The translations under genes and the position numbers were made by a program. Under the pieces are notes generated by a model that saw only the letters and a list, made by a program, of their open reading frames with translations, searched no databases and had not been told where the DNA came from. Shown here in pieces: positions 57,201 to 64,000 of a stretch of 64,000 nucleotides of DNA; the stretch's first letter is position 1; every line of letters begins with the position of its first letter. This DNA comes from Ministeria vibrans ATCC 50519 (taxonomy: Eukaryota; Protista; Filasterea): contig CALSCP010000307.1 in NCBI GenBank assembly GCA_943704425.1, forward strand, positions 1-64,000, in the 5' to 3' direction.

Positions 57201-58737
57201 CAGGGACTCGACGAAGACGACCAGTGGATCGACTTTGGCGACATGGCCGGCAGCAAATCGAAGAAGCATCGTAAGCGCGAGGCGGAGCGAGCCAAGCGCA
57301 AACAACCGAAGAAGAGACGCCGACTGCAGTCTGGCTCGGACGACGAAGATGACATGTCGATGGCGCCACTGGACGACAATGTCCACGACCAGTGGTCTGC
57401 CACGCCCGCCGTTGCGGCCACATCCAAAAAGGGGCGTGGAAGCAAGCGCAAGAATGAGGAGGCGGCGCGGAATAGCACTGCAACAAAGCGTGCTCGCACC
57501 GCACCCGAGCTGTTTTCGGGTCTTCAAGTGCCCAAGGTGGTGGGCGATGCAACGGTGCACGCCAACCTGCGCTCCCTTGAAGATGCGGATGTGCTACTGG
57601 ATGCGGAGGATGCATGGTTAATGTCGTGTGCGCTCAATGAGCGGGAGGCGGCGTCGGCCGACCAGGGCACGGGCGAGCGGGTGTATGCTCAATTGAGTGA
57701 GGCATGGCTGGAGCAGGCGACCAAGTCGGGCTTTGACGATGACGTGGCCCACCCAATGGGATGTGCCCGCAGCCAAGGCGTGTATCGGGTGTCAGACGAC
57801 GAGAAGGCCCGACGACGCTGGATCAACGCGATTGGTGTGGTGGCAGATGTGCGAGCACGCACTGCCGAGGGTGCTGGCGGTGTCACGGCAACCGCGGCGG
57901 CTGGCGACGTGAGTGGAAGTGGCGGAGCCGGTGGATCGAGCAGTGGAGCGGGAGGGGCAGGCGGTACGGGTGAGAGCACGAGTGCGACTGAGCAAGCGCA
58001 GCATCATCTCATGGCGGAAGCGCAAGCAATGGTAGTGAGCATGGGTGGCTCGGCACATGACGAGGCAGCCGTGGCAGTGGCTGCAGCGACGCTAGCTAAA
58101 AACGCTCAGCAGTCGATGGGGGCGTCGTTGTCGCGTGCGGCACGAGCCAACCAGCGCGCGCAGCACATGCCATTGTTTGGCGGGGACACAACCGCCATGC
58201 TGCGGTCACGCCAGAAGCTACTTCGGTTCCATGCGTCGCCCATTCACAACTGGGGACTGTTTACGCTGACCCCCATTGAGGCCAACGACATGGTCGTGGA
58301 GTATGTGGGCGAGCAGGTGCGCGCACACATTGCCGACATGCGCGAGGAGCGCTACGATCAGCAAGGCATTGGCAGCAGCTACCTCTTTCGCCAAGACGAC
58401 AAGCACGTCATTGATGCGACCAAGCGTGGCAACATTGCGCGATTCATGAATCACAGCTGCGATGTAAGGCCCTGATATGTGTTTTTTTTTTTGTTTCAAT
58501 CACTTTGTTTCTCTCTCTCTCAAACTCTCGACCTATCCTTTTCTTATTTATTTATTTCTCTAGCCCAACTGTCGAGCGGATGTGGTCCACGTAGACGGCC
58601 AGAAGAAGATTATTGTGTACTCACGACGGCCCATTGCGTCGGGTGAAGAGATCACATATGACTACAAGTTTCCCATCGAAGACGTTAAGATCCCATGTCA
58701 CTGTCGCTCCCCCATTTGTCGCGGATCCCTCAACTAA
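54210..58737 (+). CDS. SET1: Histone H3K4 methyltransferase SET1/SETD1-like (RRM, N-SET, SET, post-SET), four exons
   Basis: N-terminal YRLLWDP...DPR...[13 protein letters not shown] and RRM. Win motif GCARSQG. SET motifs [33 protein letters not shown]|PNC and EEITYDYKF. Post-[16 protein letters not shown]. Confidence 0.95.
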
Positions 58738-58940
58738 CAGAGAGGATGTGTCAGAGGGGTACAAAATGACACAGAGCAACCAAAAATGTAACATAAAATT
58801 CAAGATTTTCATTTAATTATTGTCTCATTTACAGTCGGTGAGAAGACAACATTTTTATGTTCACAAACAGACAAACAACACGAAAGAAGAATACGAGAGC
58901 ATTATCAGAAAGACGCAGAGAGAGAGAGGAAGAATCTAAA

Positions 58941-59424
58941 CTATGATTCAGTGAAAGAGCTTAGGGGAACAGCCGACGCAGTCACAGCCACATCAGCATC
59001 GACAGTTGTTGTCGACGGTGGTGGCGGAGAAGGATCGGTTGCAACAGCACTTGCAGGAGGCTCTGGAGTGTGAGTTGGTGGGAGAGTGTTCGGTGAAGGG
59101 CCCAGTGAGCTACTGGTGCTGGGAGCACTTCCGTTGCCGCCCACTGTGCTTGTGCTGCTGCTGCTGAGTGTGCCCCCCAGTCCCATCAACTCGTCGTACT
59201 TCTCATGCTAAAACAAAAGAAGAATTATTTTGCGGGTCCGACTTTTTTTCTTTTCTTTTTTTTCTGTTTTTGTGTGTTTTACGCCGAGCTTTGAAAGTTG
59301 CCAGAGTGAACGATCGCGGGACACACAGACAAAGAGCGGGTCTTTCTTGAGAAGGGCAACACACACTCGCTTCCAGTCTGAGCCATACACTCCCAGGTTG
59401 CGACGACGAAGTGCGCTCCACACC

Positions 59425-59505
<81 letters not shown>

Positions 59506-59586
59506 TAAGTGAGTTAGTGAAAGACAAAGAGATTGTGTTTGTATAAAAATATGTGTGTGTGTATGTGTGTGTGTCTGTCTTTGTCT

Positions 59587-59617
<31 letters not shown>

Positions 59618-60511
59618 ACTGGTGAAAGTTGAGAGGAGAGAAAGGCAAAAGGAACAAGAGCAAGAGGATTGTTCGGAGTGTGCTCGGCCATGAGACGCAC
59701 CAAAAGCACTGTTGGACGAGAAGAGGGATTAGTTTCGAAAAAAGGATAGGTGTAGTGATGGATGTTACTTTGGAGGTCGGTGAGATCGAGAGCAAGTGCG
59801 TGTGCGTGGAGCTGTACAAGGTCGAGGGTGGCAAGAGCAGGCGAACGCAGCAACAGCGTCCCATCATCCCCCTCGTCCATGGGCACGCTGTCGCTCTCGG
59901 ACGCATCTGCTGCTGCTGCTTGTGCTCGTGCGTGCGCTTGTGCGTGTGCCGCAGCCGCTGCTGCAGCGGCAGCGGCCGCGGCCTGTGCGGCTGCGACTGC
60001 AGCTGCAGTGCCGTTGCGAGCAACGGTGGCTGTGCCGGGCAGGCGAGTCGTGATGGGTGCTGTCTCGCGCTTGCGTGCTTCGCTGGGCGTCACAATGTTC
60101 GCCAGGAGTGTGTTGAGCTGCTGTGTTGCCAGTGTGCGTGCTGTGGCAGTCACGTACCACACATGACTGTTGGCAGGATCTCGCTGCACACGTGCACACC
60201 ACACACATTAATTTCAATTTGACATGAGTATATTATTTGTGTGCTCTTACGAGAAAGATTGGATTGGTGTTGGAGCTGTTGGTCAGACTAGACATGACGG
60301 CGCGACGACAGTCTTGAGCATAAGGAGTGCCATCGCGTTTGCGGAGATGGCCCCAGTGCGGGAGGACATTCTCGCAGACGTGCTCGGCTGGCGCAGAGCC
60401 ACCACGGCATATGATAATGTGGATAATGAGCGCTTGTAGTTGGGTGAGTTCCGGTGAAGAAGTGCTGCCAGAGGAAATGGCAGACGTGCTGTGGTAGGAG
60501 CGCGAGGACGA

Positions 60512-60553
<42 letters not shown>

Positions 60554-61833
60554 GGCGGTGGTGGTGGTGGTGGTGGAGTGTGCTCTGGTCGCCGTGAAGT
60601 ACGACGACGGCGCAGCACGACCCCCTGCCACCGGACCCTCGTCGCTGTCGTTGTCGCTCATGTCGTCGTCCGGCAGCTTGCTCAGGTCCGTGTCGAGCAC
60701 TTCGAGAACAGTGCAGAATCGCCAAAAGTGCTCTTCGTCACACGCCTCAAACAGGCGATGCCGCTGGTTCTGGCCCCGCAGGGTGCGCTCAATGGCAGTT
60801 CTAAGAATACATGCCCGTGCATTGGCGGCGTGAGCGGTTCAAACGCCCAATGACAGATTCAAAGGAAACACAAAAGGAGAATGTTTTTTTTTTCAGGTTT
60901 GGCATTTTTTTAAAAATCCTGACGACAAAAAAGATATCAAACGAAAAAAAAATATAAAAAGTGAAATGAGTGTAGATGTGAAGGAAAACACTCTGATCAG
61001 GCACGAATAAGGCGTACAAAGGCGTGTGAAGTTGGTGCACGGTGAGATCCTACCTGATTTTCGTGTGGTACGGAACGCGATCGCGTTGGCGAATTTCCTG
61101 CCACCGTCTCGCGACAAAATCATGGATCTCGTCGATGTGGACGCGCTTTCCGCCGTGCTTGGCGACCGCCTGCGTCATGGCCACTGTTGCGCGAAGAGAC
61201 AGGAGATGGATCAGCCCAGCTCGACTCACACGAGAAAAATGGGGAAAAAAAAAAAAAAAGGCGTCGAGTGGTACGAAGTCACCAAGGGGAAGTCTGGGGG
61301 GGGTTTGCGGGGCAGAGTAGCAGGGGAGGGTCCTGGGGCGTGATCGGAAGTGTCGACGGGGCGGGCGAGGGGCGCGGTATACCTTGAATATCGGTCAAGT
61401 CGTCGCGGTTGAGGTAGGCACTCAGCGGATGGAGGCCTCCGCGGGGCCCATCGTCGAACCCGTCCGCCTGCACACACGCCGTTAGTCCCTTGCAATGTAA
61501 TAACGCCAACTCCGCAGTCTCTGCAAGTGTCCATCGTCCGCTTTTCCCTTCCGACGTTACTTTTTTTTTTCTCTCTCTCTCTCTCTTTTTGTTGGACGTC
61601 CTGTCAAAAACTCATGAAAGTCGAGAAAGAGCGCAGCGCGGCGGAGGACATTGGGATGGCACTCGCAAAGCAGATCTTACGTCGAGCACGGCCTTCAGAT
61701 GCCCGCAATGCCAAGAGGGACGCACAGAGGTATTTTTCAAATACCAAAACGATAGGGACGCTCCTGAGTAAGGAGTTTGCAGTGCCGACGCCGGGATGCT
61801 GCGACGCACTGTCCCCTTACGGAATCGCCCCAT
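58941..61833 (-). CDS. Hypothetical protein with three winged-helix-like repeats, multi-exon. Start uncertain.
   Basis: Spliced exons give three copies of W..(L/I)R.R(D/N)..(P/V)Y...R.......L......(L/I)F......W, separated by poly-Ala/Ser linkers. Confidence 0.6.
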
Positions 61834-62050
61834 AGTATGTTTGTAGAAGAAAGTGTTTTTATATTAATTTTACTTTTTTTTTTTTTTTTTTTTNNNNNNN
61901 NNNGAGACGGCCGCAGTAGCAGTAGGCGTCGAGAGGCAGCCGGGCAAAGAGAAGGAGGAGACTCTTGATCAAGAAATGAGAGTTCAGTCACTCACGTTTC
62001 ACTTTGACTGAAAAGTTTTTTTTTGTCTCTCTTGTTCGTTTGTAAAAAAA

Positions 62051-64000
62051 ATGCTTCGGGTCGCACTGTGGCGCTCGACTGGGCCCAGTCGGTGTGTGGC
62101 GGGGTGGGTTCGTCGGCGTCTGACGAGCGCACAGGCGTCAGAAGGCGCGGGGGCGGCCGGGGCGAGTGAGAGTGGCGGCAGCATGCGCACGGAATTCCGC
62201 ACGCATCGATTTGGCGGGCGCTACACTCTCTTGACGGACATGTGGCTGCGAAACTCGCTGGCCATTGAGAACCTTGTGCCCCCGACGGCGAGCGAGGCGG
62301 CCGCAGCGGCCCCTAAGGCGCCAGAGACGGACGACAAGACGCGCGGCGATGCGACGACGGCGCACGAGAAGAATCCCTTGAAGATTGAACGCTTCCAGGT
62401 CGGACGCAAGGCTGGTTTTGTCGAGACCATCGCTCCTGGCCAGATTCGCGACGAACACGTACGAATTCAGCAACAATTCGACTTTATTTAATTTTGGCTC
62501 TCACTTTCTCTCACTCACTCTCTCTCTCTCTCTTTTTTTCTTGTCGTCTCAGGCGTTGCGCACGACGATCACAGAGTACTTTGACACAGTAGAAAAGCTG
62601 AACGACCTGACAGGGCGAGGAATGCTCGATAAGACTCAGCTGGCACAAATGGCCCGACTGCCCCGATGGATTCGTCGCGCCATCTCCAACGACAAGACCG
62701 ACTTTGAGCTGCACCAGCGTCTGTCGTACCTCATCTCCAACGTCGAGTTTCCACTGATGGTCTCGTCGACGCAGCGACTCGCTCTCATGGGCGAGCTCCG
62801 CATGCAAATGGTCCGTCACGGCATTTCGCCGTCGCGCACGCAGTACCACAAGTTTCTCAACTTCTACTTGCGCTACGGCAGCGAAAAGGTGGCCAATCTG
62901 ATACAGGAAGAAATGCGCCAAGCCGGCATGCGAGTCTCAATTGCATTCTACACGATGAAGCTGTCGCGACTGTTGCATCGCCGCCACTTCGACGCCTTTG
63001 ACCGTGTCCTCGAGACGGCCATGGATGACCCCACCATCGACAAGGACCCACGCTTCTATGCTGTCGTTGCCGCACGCCACCTTGCCTCCAAGAATTATGC
63101 CGAATTCAATCGTATTGTCGACATGCTCGGTGAAGAAGGGTAAGGAGGACGAAATATTCACAATGATAATAAAAACATTAATTTACTGTGTGTGCATGTG
63201 TGTGGTTTTTGCCTCCTCCCCTTAGGCGCATTCCGCACTGGTTTGTCACCGTTGCGTCCAAGACGCTTCCTGACGCCGCAGTGCGTGAGGAAGGAGTCAT
63301 TGAGGCCGTTTTGGCGTCGATGGAACGATACAATGTGAAACCCAACGACGTAGGCCACGCACACAATACGTTGACAGAGGACATAAATGTGTTTTTGACA
63401 TTGGTATTCGTCTTTTTTTTAGTTTGTTCTAGGGTCTGTGCTTCGAGCGGCATTCTTGCGAGAGGACCCTGATTTTGCGCAAACGATGGTGGAGCGGATG
63501 CAGGCGGAGCACGGTGTGAAGATGAACGTAGTACTGCACACACAGCTGATGAAGGTGTATGCGCGGTGCGGGTGGATCAACAAGGCGGCGATGGAGGGCG
63601 AGATGCTCATGTCGGGCCGCTATGAGTTGACCGAAATGGCCGTGCAGGAGCTGATGTGTCTGTATTCGCGCGAGGGGATGATTGCCAATGCGGAGACGCT
63701 CGTGTCGCGTGTGCAGAACTCATTGCGCGCCGAGGGCAACAGGCCGGGTGTGGCGATGCCGCTGCGCCTCATGACATCTTTCATGCAGATGTACGTGTGG
63801 CAGGGGATGCCGGACAAGGCGCTGCGCGTGTACGACGCTGTCCTTGAGCAAGGGTCCAAGCCCGACACGGTCATGCAGACACAGCTGCTTCTTGCCCTTG
63901 TCAATGCCCACCGTTTTGATGACGCCGAGCGCGTCATTGCCAGCATTGTGCGCAGCACTTCTGAGCGCTTTGCTCGCGTCAAGACACTCACGCCCAACGA
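62051..64000 (+). CDS. Mitochondrial pentatricopeptide-repeat (PPR) protein, partial (runs off the window)
   Basis: Transit-like MLRVALWRST. PPR-like helices MVRHGISPSRTQYHKFLNFY, EMRQAGMRVSIAFYTMKL, NVVLHTQLMKVYARCG and LEQGSKPDTVMQTQLLLALV. Confidence 0.8.

Noticed and set aside
58941-61833. Calling the gene next to SET1 ASH2L
   Set aside because: No PHD or SPRY domain is seen, only wHTH-like repeats.

Overview
Compact, intron-rich eukaryotic nuclear DNA: GC-rich exons, AT- and microsatellite-rich GT-AG introns, four N gaps, and about 23 protein-coding genes in 64 kb. The gene set suggests a unicellular opisthokont or relative (inference). In order the genes are: a Bbc1-like SH3 protein, USP32, an IDH3 non-catalytic subunit, DUOX and DUOXA head-to-head, a 65-aa microprotein, GPD1, NHP2, tepsin, a JmjC-TPR protein, an orphan type I membrane protein, a small Dpy-30/IQCK-like protein, an unknown gene, a BTB-Kelch protein, a lysine methyltransferase with an inserted UBR-box, a second unknown gene, an MGAT4-like/WSC glycosyltransferase, CNOT11, NAA25, CCT6, SET1, a triple winged-helix-like protein and a PPR protein. 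The standout is a 394-aa intein (45421-46602) in the conserved C-terminal domain of CNOT11. It has intact splicing motifs (Cys...His-Asn/Cys) and a decayed LAGLIDADG endonuclease, and I do not recognise CNOT11 as a described intein host. Second is the divergent DUOX/DUOXA pair, with atypical catalytic residues in DUOX. Exon structures were read by eye and family assignments come from recalled motifs; no database search was run.
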